Assembly: GCA_035291085.1 (NCBI GenBank)
Contig: DATDTA010000086.1
Location: 1-53,155, forward strand
Reading direction: 5' to 3'
Length of the DNA: 53,155 nt
Source: Candidatus Nanoarchaeia archaeon
GTDB lineage: Archaea; Nanobdellota; Nanobdellia; Woesearchaeales; GW2011-AR9
This document shows, piece after piece, positions 1-9,000 of this stretch. Below the pieces are notes generated by a model that did no database searches, was not told where the DNA came from, and saw only the letters and a list, made by a program, of their open reading frames with translations. A program made the position numbers and the translations under genes. The stretch's first letter is position 1. The number at the start of each line of letters is the position of its first letter.

Positions 1-130
1 TTCATACCCAATCTTCCCTAACCGATAAGCTACGCTCTCTTCCAATAAACCCATTAACTCATTCTTACTGAGTTTAGCTGATAACTGCTCTAAAACTTTC
101 TTTTGCTCCTCGCTCACCTTTTTAAAATCA
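1..130. repeat. Terminal direct overlap, copy 1 (identical to 53026..53155); circularisation signature
   Basis: Base-by-base comparison: ttcatacccaatcttccc...cgctcacctttttaaaatca is present at both window ends, 130/130 identical. Confidence 0.95.
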
Positions 131-1338
131 ATCTCTTTCTCCAATCTATAAGCCTCTAAATATCGCTTAATGTTTGGACTTCTTTGCTCAATAAACTGGA
201 TAACTAAAATCTCCAGCCATTCTCCTAACTTAATTTCACCATTCTCAAATTTATTTTTATAATCATCAAATTTTTTAAGCTCTTCTGTATAAATTTTTTC
301 TTTTAGAGCTCTTATCTGCTTATTTATTTCTTCCTTCCACCTTTCTACTTCCTTATTATAAGTGAGTGTCTCCTTAAACGACCTTACTTGTTCCAAATAT
401 TTATCTTTGTCTTCTACTCCGTAATACTCTATTAAGGAACCATGACTCTTGAGACAAGCATCATGAATTTTATTTTTGCAATATAAAACAGACTCACTGG
501 AAAGTCCTGCCACTTCTACGCCAGTAAGCAGACCCTTCTCCATTAAGCAGCCTGCAATCCCCATCAATATTTTCTTATCAGAAGTTTTTCGCCACTTCTC
601 TAATCCTTCCATTCTTCCTACTGATCCCTCTACTCCTACCAACCCCACGCCCATTTCTGTGAGTTCTTTTAGTAAATGAGCTATATTCTTTTGCGCCTCA
701 TAAATACCATGCGCATCTTGAACTAAGATAACTAAAGAGTTGGGCTGGGGTTCTGAATTTAGAGCTTGAGGGCTGTTCAACTCTTGACGAATCCCAATAA
801 CTGATGGTTGAAAATCAATCTGAAGTTTTCCTTTTTCAAGCTTTATATGTTTATGGTTCTTAAGGTATACTCTCTCTATATCTCCATAACTTTCAATGCG
901 AGAAACTAATTCTAAAGGCAGGGCTAACTGTTTCTGGTTTTTTGTGCGATTGGTTTGAGGTTTCCGGTTTTGCACCTTAGTCATTACCTGCTTCATCAGC
1001 TCAGGAGAAAATTGGGTTTCAAGTCCTTGCAGCAATGACCTCTGATAGATAGGTAAACCTGCGGCAGAAACTAATTGAAGATGAGCATCTGAACTTGGAG
1101 AATAGGAGGTAGAAGACTGGTTATTAGCACCCCTTCCAGTTCCTATATTCTTTGAATACTCCCCACTTCCCCCACTCCTCCCAGAAGTTAATTCCTCTAC
1201 TGCTTTTCTCCTCTCACTCCATAGAGAAGCCTCAGCAAACGGAGCGCTCACTGTAGTAAATAAAAAGCTAAATACAATCACGGCCGCCGTGAGTTGCATC
1301 CAGCTCCTATTATTCTTACGCAGCCAAAAGTGAATCAT
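1..1338 (-). CDS. Giant protein B, 5' portion (first 446 codons). It joins 22243..53155 through the circular junction to give a 32,121-nt / 10,706-aa ORF
   Basis: The minus-strand frame from ATG (cat at 1336-1338) is stop-free down to base 1 by hand translation: [49 protein letters not shown]...KEIDFKKVSEEQKKVLEQLSAKLSKNELMGLLEESVAYRLGKIGYE. It is paralogous to the N-terminus of the 6135-aa ORF. The phase matches the 22243..53142 ORF (1338-117=1221=3x407, and 117 corresponds to 53142). Confidence 0.85.
   Translation of the reverse strand, partial: MIHFWLRKNNRSWMQLTAAVIVFSFLFTTVSAPFAEASLWSERRKAVEELTSGRSGGSGEYSKNIGTGRGANNQSSTSYSPSSDAHLQLVSAAGLPIYQRSLLQGLETQFSPELMKQVMTKVQNRKPQTNRTKNQKQLALPLELVSRIESYGDIERVYLKNHKHIKLEKGKLQIDFQPSVIGIRQELNSPQALNSEPQPNSLVILVQDAHGIYEAQKNIAHLLKELTEMGVGLVGVEGSVGRMEGLEKWRKTSDKKILMGIAGCLMEKGLLTGVEVAGLSSESVLYCKNKIHDACLKSHGSLIEYYGVEDKDKYLEQVRSFKETLTYNKEVERWKEEINKQIRALKEKIYTEELKKFDDYKNKFENGEIKLGEWLEILVIQFIEQRSPNIKRYLEAYRLEKEIDFKKVSEEQKKVLEQLSAKLSKNELMGLLEESVAYRLGKIGYE
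1228..1338 (-). other. Sec-type signal peptide / N-terminal anchor of giant protein B
   Basis: MIHFWLRKNNRSWMQLTAAVIVFSFLFTTVSAPFAEA|SLW: basic n-region, hydrophobic core, AxA-like site. Confidence 0.55.
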
Positions 1339-1360
1339 AGTTTTTGTAAAGATTACCTCT

Positions 1361-1389
1361 TTGACAACTTTGAATAATCCTGCTATACT
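1361..1389 (+). promoter_or_regulatory. Sigma70-like promoter of TA operon 1 (TTGACA-17 nt-TATACT). The -10 ends 6 nt before the ATG, implying a leaderless or near-leaderless mRNA
   Basis: TTGACA at 1361-1366, 17-nt spacer, TATACT at 1384-1389, ATG at 1396, no SD in between. Confidence 0.5.
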
Positions 1390-1395
1390 TTTTTT

Positions 1396-1617
1396 ATGAA
1401 ACAAATCCTAAAGGCTATCTATGAAAAAGGCGTTTTAAAACCTCTAAAAAAAATAAAATTTCCAGAACATAAGGAACTAATCGTAACCATTCAAGACAAC
1501 GACGATTTGCCCTCCCATCTACTTACCAAAGCTGCTGAAAAAAGTCATTCTTATCTATTTCTTAAAAAAAAAGGAGAAGACATCTACTCTTTGGATGATG
1601 GGAAACCCATCCACTAA
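1396..1617 (+). CDS. Antitoxin-like protein with an AF2212/DUF104-type N-terminus
   Basis: MKQILKAIYEKGVLKPLKKIKFPEHKELIVTIQ matches the AIYENGVLKPL..L.L.EG..V.I pattern of DUF104 antitoxins. It lies 3 nt upstream of a PemK toxin gene. Its C-terminal EDIYSLDD resembles the EDSIYD tails of the other two antitoxins. Confidence 0.7.
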   Translation: MKQILKAIYEKGVLKPLKKIKFPEHKELIVTIQDNDDLPSHLLTKAAEKSHSYLFLKKKGEDIYSLDDGKPIH

Positions 1618-1620
1618 AAA

Positions 1621-1968
1621 ATGAGGCTCCATCGAGGCGATATTGTTCTTGTTCCCTTTCCATTTACTGACCTCTCCTCAAAAAAAGTTCGACCAGCTCT
1701 AATTATCTCCTCTGATCCCCAAGAAGAGGACATTGTTCTTATTTTTATATCTTCTGTGATACCGCCTAATATCTCTCATTATGATTATCTTTTAAAATTG
1801 TCCCATCCAAACTTTTTGATCTCAGGATTAAAAACTACATCCATTTTTAAAACCCGTAAAATCTTGACTCTAAACCGTTTACAGGTCGTTCGTTACCTTG
1901 GCCATTTAACCCTAGATATCCAATCTGAAATAGATGAACGACTTGCACTATCCATGGGATTAAAATAA
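1621..1968 (+). CDS. PemK/MazF-family endoribonuclease toxin (copy 1)
   Basis: MRLHRGDIVLVPFPFTDLSSKKVRPALIISSD is the canonical GD(I/V)..V.FPF(S/T)D....KxRPAL(V/I)(I/V)S N-terminal block of PemK/MazF; 115 aa. Confidence 0.85.
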   Translation: MRLHRGDIVLVPFPFTDLSSKKVRPALIISSDPQEEDIVLIFISSVIPPNISHYDYLLKLSHPNFLISGLKTTSIFKTRKILTLNRLQVVRYLGHLTLDIQSEIDERLALSMGLK

Positions 1969-1976
1969 CCTTTTCA

Positions 1977-2201
1977 ATGAAAAATAATTTATGCGCCATC
2001 TGCGGAGGAAAACTTCAAAACAAAAAAACGACCATTGATCGAATGGTAGAAGGACACATGTATTTGTTTGAGAAGGTTTCCGTTCAAATATGCGAAAAAT
2101 GTAATGAAATTTGGATCCCATGCCGTGAAGCTGAACGAATGGATCAAGCCATTCAAGGAAAAATAAAACCCCATAAAAAAGTAAGCGTTCCAGTTTATTG
2201 A
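1977..2201 (+). CDS. YgiT/MqsA-type zinc-ribbon protein, third gene of TA operon 1
   Basis: CAICGG...(26 aa)...CEKCNE gives two CxxC pairs with the ...T.......G....VSVQIC.KC.E.W spacing typical of YgiT-type zinc fingers; 74 aa. Confidence 0.55.
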   Translation: MKNNLCAICGGKLQNKKTTIDRMVEGHMYLFEKVSVQICEKCNEIWIPCREAERMDQAIQGKIKPHKKVSVPVY

Positions 2202-2240
2202 AATTTCTCATTAAATAAGAAAAGACAGCTACAAAACTTA

Positions 2241-2298
2241 CGGCTGCCATGAGTTGCATCCAGCTCCTATTATTCTTACGCATCCAAAAGTGAATCAC
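2241..2298 (-). pseudogene. Duplicated fragment of the giant-gene B 5' end (first ~19 codons, start mutated to GTG)
   Basis: 2241-2297 (cggctgccatgagttgcatccagctcctattattcttacgcatccaaaagtgaatca) matches 1281-1337 with about 4 mismatches and encodes MIHFWMRKNNRSWMQLMAAV. The reading frame then runs antisense into the zinc-ribbon gene. Confidence 0.7.
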
Positions 2299-2308
2299 AA
2301 TATTTTCC

Positions 2309-2337
2309 TTGACACAAACAGTAAATCCTGCTATATT
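2309..2337 (+). promoter_or_regulatory. Sigma70-like promoter of TA operon 2 (TTGACA-17 nt-TATATT), again 6 nt from the ATG
   Basis: TTGACA 2309-2314, TATATT 2332-2337, ATG 2344. It shares aatcctgctata with the operon 1 promoter. Confidence 0.5.
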
Positions 2338-2343
2338 TTTTAT

Positions 2344-2526
2344 ATGACATTAAAATCCATAGAAAAAGCGGTAAAATCACTTAACCTAAAAGAACAACGC
2401 AAATTGCTTACAGATTTACCTTTACTCATTCACATATCTCAAGAGGATATTGCTCGCTTAAAGGTATCTGAGAAATCATTTCAATTTTGGGACAACCCAG
2501 AAGACTCAATCTATGACACCCTATAA
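2344..2526 (+). CDS. Small antitoxin-like protein (60 aa) upstream of PemK copy 2
   Basis: MTLKSIEKAVKSLNLKEQRKLL...SEKSFQFWDNPEDSIYDTL. The SEKSF..W...EDSIYD tail is shared with ORF 21533..21718. It overlaps the toxin start by 14 nt. The ORF-track start at 2254 lies inside the promoter and duplicated fragment, so ATG 2344 is preferred. Confidence 0.6.
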   Translation: MTLKSIEKAVKSLNLKEQRKLLTDLPLLIHISQEDIARLKVSEKSFQFWDNPEDSIYDTL

Positions 2527-2860
2527 ACAGGGTGATATCGTACTTGTTCCCTTCCCCTTTACAGACTTAACCACCACGAAGAAAAGACCTGCTGTTATTA
2601 TTTCTTCAGAACGGTTTAACAAAAAATATAATGATGTTATCGTGGTAGCGATCACTTCACAAATTCCTGAAAGCATATCAGAAGAAGAGATATTACTTTC
2701 TCCCATTGAACAAAAGGAATCTGGCTTGCCAAAGACATCTCTTATCAAGATCGGAAAAATTTCAACCATAGACCAAAGATTAATTAGAAAAAAACTAGGA
2801 ACCATTCCACGCACAACATACAAAAAACTTATAGATGCAATTGACACAATAATAGTGTAA
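2513..2860 (+). CDS. PemK/MazF-family toxin (copy 2)
   Basis: MTPYKQGDIVLVPFPFTDLTTTKKRPAVIISSE; 115 aa. Confidence 0.85.
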   Translation: MTPYKQGDIVLVPFPFTDLTTTKKRPAVIISSERFNKKYNDVIVVAITSQIPESISEEEILLSPIEQKESGLPKTSLIKIGKISTIDQRLIRKKLGTIPRTTYKKLIDAIDTIIV

Positions 2861-2870
2861 ATAACTCAAC

Positions 2871-2917
2871 ATGAAAAATAATTTATGCGCCATCTAAAGT
2901 AAGCGTTCCAGTTTATT
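2871..2917 (+). pseudogene. Internally deleted remnant of the zinc-ribbon gene
   Basis: 2871-2895 is identical to 1977-2001 (atgaaaaataatttatgcgccatct). It is fused directly to 2896-2917, which is identical to 2178-2199 (aaagtaagcgttccagtttatt). The remnant reads MKNNLCAI*. Confidence 0.75.
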
Positions 2918-2932
2918 AAAACCCGATCCTTT

Positions 2933-2973
2933 AAAGGAAAAAGGCAACTGCAGTGCAGTTGCCTTTTTCCTTT
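2933..2973. terminator. Perfect 20-bp-arm palindrome between convergent genes; likely a bidirectional intrinsic terminator
   Basis: aaaggaaaaaggcaactgca (2933-2952), g, tgcagttgcctttttccttt (2954-2973). The arms are exact reverse complements with T/A-rich flanks. It lies between the PemK2 stop (2860) and the gene A stop (3009). Confidence 0.6.
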
Positions 2974-3008
2974 GATTCTTCATGCAGACTTCTGAACAAT
3001 CACACGAA

Positions 3009-6000
3009 TTACGCTTGGATGTCAACCACGCGTTTGCCTCGGAATTTATTTTCTATGCCAATCACTAAACGGGTTACATCCCTGCCTTCCATGCCTGAAA
3101 CAAGTTCAATAATCTGAACAATAGTTTCATTAAGGTCGCCAAGAGCAAGACGACTTGCGTCATCTGTAATAATGCGGAAGTTTGGACCCAGCCACCAGCC
3201 AAAATCTTTATAAATCTTAGCTGCATTGACTTTATCTGACTCTGTCTCACCTTGGAACTTAACGCGTCCAGCTCCATATCCCTCATCCAAAATCCGATAT
3301 AGAGCTTCCCCATCTCGAACTCCCATTTTCTCTATCAGTTTGATTTTAAGTTCAGTTCGGAACGAATCCGCAGAACCTACGCGAGATAAAAGAATTCTTT
3401 CTCCTTCTCCAATTCCATTTTTGGTACGTTCGTGAAGTTGAGTAATTAGATGCTTAGCGCCAAGGGCAGACTCTGGATCGTCCAAGAATAACGCGGACAA
3501 CTCAAACATTTCTGATTCTTCTGAGAGACCAGACAATTTTACATTCTTGATAGAGGCAATTCCTTTATCTAGGAACGCTTTTCTGTAACCTTCAGTCACG
3601 ATTTGGTTGAACTTTTCTGCTTGTTCAAAAGAAAGAGCTCTCTTTTTACCAGTTTGACGGTCAAAGAGTTGCGCAATCTCAGCTAACTTTTGCACTCCTT
3701 GCGCATCCTCACCCGACACAGATGCCCTCTCATCAAATGTAGAGGTCAATTCCTTAATCACTGGGACTGACACACTAAATTCCTTATATGCAGTTCTTAA
3801 AATAGCATCTGTCCCTTGTTTTAGCGCCGCTCTATCTCCGCTTAGGCGATACTCATATCCCAACGCGTAAAGAGCTTGTTCAATTTTTTCAATCTTTTCA
3901 GGCTCGCTGGCATTTTGAATTTGATTCAATCGAGCTTTAAATGTTTGAGGGCGAACTTTAATGAAAGTTGCGGCGCGCGCCATAAATTCCTTTTCATTTA
4001 AATGTCTTGCGACCCGCACGCGCGCTTCAATATTTTCAGGAGCCCGACCCGCTGCTAGAAAATAACTCTTTGCCATCTGCGCTGACGCATAGACTGTTGC
4101 AGGCAGAAATGGAACCGTTCCTGCCAGCCAAGCCAAAGCTTGAGGCGGAATAAATCCATTGGAAGGCAGGGCATGAAGCACGCCGGGAAAAATCATTGAA
4201 AGGGTGAATCCCGCTAATGCAAGAAGAGCAGCGCCTGCAATAACAGTCATTGATTTTTCTTTCATAAAATCTCGATAGTTGAGCAAAGCTTGCAGAAAAA
4301 TAATTCTTTTATGTTCCATATTTTTAGCAGCTCTAAAAACAAGGGAATCCGCATAGTCTTTGGGAGAAACAACATCATAAGCGCCAAAGACTAAAGTTAC
4401 CTTTGAAAGAAGACCAGGATTATTCAGCAACACCCGATAGATAAAGTCCTCCTGAACAGAATTTCTAAAATTTGCTGGAGGAACAAACATAACAACGGAT
4501 TCTTTATTAGAAAAGAAGGATTTCAGATGAAAACTAAGCGAGATGGGTGCATGTGGCTTATAAGTTACATCCAGACCTGCAGCTTTTGAAAATACTTCAA
4601 ACACATCATCAGGCTTATCCGCATAACCATCATTATCATCATATAACCTTAGCGGAGAAAGACTAGCCCCGCCTTTAAAAGAATCTCGCTGGTCAATGAA
4701 TTCATAAGCAGTAAGAGCTTTCCCTCCATTTGTCTCTAATATATTTTTAATATCAGCGGGAAGCTTACTGGCTGCTATCGCATTATCAAGATCAATAGGA
4801 TTAAAGATTTCTTGACGCCCTTCTCCAAAGTTATTCAATGCAAAAAAGCGCAAGGATTCATTAAACGCTAGAATATCATTAAGCCCTTGCTGATAATCAG
4901 GAAAGTCTCTTGAATATTCCTTTTGAAGTTCATTCTGAACTTCTCGTCTGGCAAATGCAATTTCTCTAAACAGTGCCCTATTAGCTGTCCAAGGTGAGTC
5001 AAGCTCATTAATCCGTTGATCCAGAAAAGGAACCTCTCTAAAAGATTTGTAGCGATTCCTGATGATTTGATCTCCCCATGCCAGAATGTGAGCAACTCTT
5101 TGCTTACTCCACTCTTTTGTTGCTTGGTATCCTCTTAATATAAGATGACCATAATGAAAAAGTTGAAATTGTTCATGTTCTAAGCGAAATTTATATTGCT
5201 CAGGCGTTAAACCGTTTTGCATGTAAATATAATTTATTCCATCAGGCAGGATGCGCGAGCTGGGATCGCTAGCTAGATTGTATGAACCCATGATTGCTTT
5301 TTTCTTAAACAATTGACCAATACGAAGCTTACTGATCTGCTCTTGATCATCGCTATTCATCACTGCATCCCAATCCACGAAATTAGAATTTGTATAAGGA
5401 ACAAGATAATATTTTATGGTTCCTCTGCCTGGAATCTCGACTTCATAAAATTCTTTTGAAATAAAGTTGGTATAATTAATTAAATCTCTTATTTCATTAT
5501 CATCCAACTCTTTTTTATCAATAATGTCGCCAAGTGCTCCGCCCTCCCAACCTTTTTGAGGCGAGAGATAATTCTTGATGAGGGCGATAGGGTTATTAGG
5601 GTTGATAGGGTTATTGGTTTTAAAATGCTTCACCGCCCAAATGCCTCCGAATAAAGTTCCCAAACCAAGCGATAGCTCCAGAATGTTCCAACCGCTGAAT
5701 GCTCCGCCAGAGTACGCATCTACCGCGTTTGCTATAATTCCAAAAGCGATTGCCGCAGGAACTCCCACAGTTCCCAGCCAAGAAGCCACCATCAAAGAAT
5801 TTTCCGCAAACTCTTTTAAGCTTTTGTTATCCATAGGAATCGGGCGAGAAACTTTCTTTCCCCCTCCTTCATTAGTTTTAAATTGCGCCTCTGTGGATTC
5901 TTTGCCAGCAGCTCCAGTAGCATTAGAGCCGCGCATAATAACACGTTCTCCTTTGCTTACCCTTTTAGTTCCAGCCTTAGTTTGATGCTTTCCGAATCTA

Positions 6001-9000
6001 ACCCCATCTAACTGTTCTATTTGCTGAACATTAAAAACAAATCCTGCTGCGCCTAAGCGTAACATCTCCTTTGCAGTTCTAGAGATATGAAGAGCATTGG
6101 TATGATCTTGGAATATGGTGACAAACTGGAATCCAAAACCAGCTCTGCCCATGTCTATGCTAAAGTTAGCGATCGCTTCTAACATCACTAAAACATCAGC
6201 GCCATATTCTCCCCAACTATCTGGATTGTCCCACCTAAACCCTTCTAATTCTTTTGCCTTCTTTATATTCTCAATCTGTTCTTTAGTTAGAACAGCAGAC
6301 CATCCTTCAGGATCGCTCCAGTTAAAAGATGGAGAAAGATTTAGAGCAAAAATAATATTTTTTGCCTCAGGGTTGTGCGGATCGTTTACCACATTGTCAT
6401 GAAATTCTCTGGCATGCTTAATATTAGGCCTGTCTTGTTCCATCCATGCCACATCCGCAATCTTTGCATACTGTCTCATCCGAATAGAAGCATTTAATAC
6501 CCCTAATCCGCTGTCAATTTGGTAAAAACCTTCATAAACCCTTGGTTTATCCCAATCCCAGTCAATTTCAATTCCAATTGTTTTAGCAAGAGCCTTCATC
6601 TGATTAAGAGAAAGAGTATTGGTTAAAGGATTAGTGGCATCTTCCCACCATTTCTTAATATCTTCCCTACGCTGTTCAGAAGCAAACCGGGATGTTCTCA
6701 TCTCCAGAATCCTCTCCCCAACTGCTTGAGAATAGGTTTTAAGTTTAGCTTCTGCCCTCCAACTTTCAGTCAATTTCTGCAAGGCAGCTTCTTCTTTGGC
6801 AAGATGAACTGGCTGCCTTTCTAAAAGTTCTTTAACAGTGACCTCTTTGCCATTTTCATCTTCAATCAGAGTGTCGAGTTTAAGATATGGATATTCTCCA
6901 TGCTCAATCAGTTCCCGATGCTGCCAAACCGTATTGTAAGTAAAGGTATTGCCATCTTCACTTGACCGAGGATCTTTGACTTTAAGAAAATAAACATCGG
7001 TTTCTAATCTTTTTCCATTGATCCTTCCTGTAGAATTCCAAATATCGCGAATGGTTCTGCCTAGTTCAGGAAATTCTTGCTCCCACATCTCTAAAACCTG
7101 CGCAGGAGTTTTGGGAAGCAAGATATTCTCAATCTCTTGGCGATTGACCCGGGCCATTAAATCTTTAGCTCGGTCAATAAGCGCTGCGTTATCCCCGCGA
7201 TAAGCATACTCAGGCATGTCTCCTCTTGCCAAACGAATCACATCTTTTAAAGAAGGGAGATTTTTTACTGATGAGCCAAGAATAAAATAATGGTCCATTG
7301 GATCGTCATTACTCTGCAAGAGCTTTGCTGCCTGGGCGTCAGTGCGGGCAATAATCAAAAGCTCTGAATGAAGCCGATCCCTCTCTTTACCAGTTATCAG
7401 AAGTCTTTGAAAATGCTTTTGAATGGAAGTTAAAACTTTACCAGCCATGTGGCCGCACTTCTTTTCCCCATCAGCTTGATCTTCTAAATGAATGCTTGCC
7501 GCCCCGGCCCGAACAAAATATTGCACGAGCTTTTCTGGCGATAAATGTCCGGTGTCCCCATCCGCATAGAATGGAATTAAGTAATCAATCAGATAACCTT
7601 CCAAAGTTTGGAATACTGTTTCCCTCAGAGCATTTCTTTGTTCATGAGCAATTGAGCCTTGACTTACATACTGGGCAATGGCCTGCACCACAACTTCTGA
7701 AAAAAGATTGTAAAGCACGGTTTCTGAATCTTCCCTTAACTCATCCACAAAGATCGGAATATCTTCCCCTACTACATTCATAAACTTCTCTATGAACTCA
7801 TCTCTAACTTCTGTGCGCAGCACTAAATCGTCTGCTTTAGTTTTAGGAAGGGTTCGATAGAATTCCTTAAAAATATCCTCCAGCTTATCAGACATCTCTT
7901 TATAACGACCCATCTGGTCTTCGTGCTGATTGCGCAAATACCTATTAATTTCATAGATCTTATCTGGAACTGTGTTGTCCGGATACTTTGCCAAGTCTGG
8001 TTCGCCCCAGTGGTGCGACATTTGCCAGCCGCTAAAATAAAGCGCTTTCATTCCTTTTTCCGCCATTGCAGCTGCTGAAGGGCCATCCATCACTCCTCCT
8101 GTTACAATAGGGATCCCAGTTCTTTGAGCTTCTCCCATGAGGAAAAAAAGTTTTCTTGTCGTAAGATCATGAAAAGTTTTATCATCCAAAACAGAGCCGC
8201 GAATAGCATAAATTTCGCTAGCTGAATAAGGCCGATTTCTCTGGATACGGCTAAAACGATCTGACCTCATCCATTGATCAAGCGTAGAGATATTTTGTCT
8301 CATTGTCTTAATCCAAGAAGTCATGCCCGCAATTTTAACCCCGCCTGCAAAATGAGAATAGACTCTTCTAGCTATTCCTTGAACAGAACCAAATTCTCTT
8401 GCATCCGGGTTATCAAACACATAGTCAAAAGCTTCCAGTGTTTTTTTGTCCCACTCGCCTGACCTTACTTTCTCTGCCACATCTTTTCTGGAATCGCTAT
8501 AGACCGCATCCAAGATTTGGTCAATGACAGCAATATCTTTTTCTGGATCCAATTCAATAATAGAAAGAAGGATTCGGGAGCCATAAGTAACCCACTTATT
8601 CTGCATGGAATAGGTGTTATCGCCATTGTCAATGATGAGCTGGCGTTCCAAAATTTTCATAATGAGCGGAGAAAACCTGCGATCATTTTTGGAAAGCCCT
8701 TGGCTTTCAAGATAATCTATTTTCTTTTCAGCGGAAGCATAAACTTTATCCAGAACCATCTTAAGCAGTTCAGGTGTAACTTTTGTGCCTGCTTTAATTA
8801 CAGTGCCGTCCCGCATGGTTCCATCTTTGGTTAATACCACTTCATGCTTGGCAAGAGTCCACATCCAATGCCAGAATATTTCGTGAGTGGCAAAATCATT
8901 CATCATTCCGTTGTCGCTCTTGTAGTCAAAAATCTTAACAGCTTGATTCCCATTCAGCACCCCAAAACCATACTCTGCGGACATGGTAGCCGCATACTCA

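Noticed and set aside
1-130. Interpreting the terminal repeat as a phage direct terminal repeat
   Set aside because: No capsid, terminase, portal or other phage-like genes are present. The repeat lies inside an ORF and joins it in phase, which fits assembler-style circular overlap.
1960-2298. 112-aa minus-strand ORF beginning MIHFWMRKNNRSWMQL, which looks like a third giant-gene start
   Set aside because: Only the first ~19 codons match the giant-gene N-terminus (a duplicated fragment). The rest runs antisense through the zinc-ribbon gene and has no further similarity. It is treated as a scar, not a gene.
2254-2343. N-terminal extension of antitoxin 2 (ORF-track start at 2254), and the 21666 start of PemK3
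   Set aside because: The 2254 extension overlaps the duplicated giant-gene fragment and the TTGACA/TATATT promoter. For PemK3, the ATG at 21696 reproduces the overlap context of PemK2. The shorter forms are preferred.
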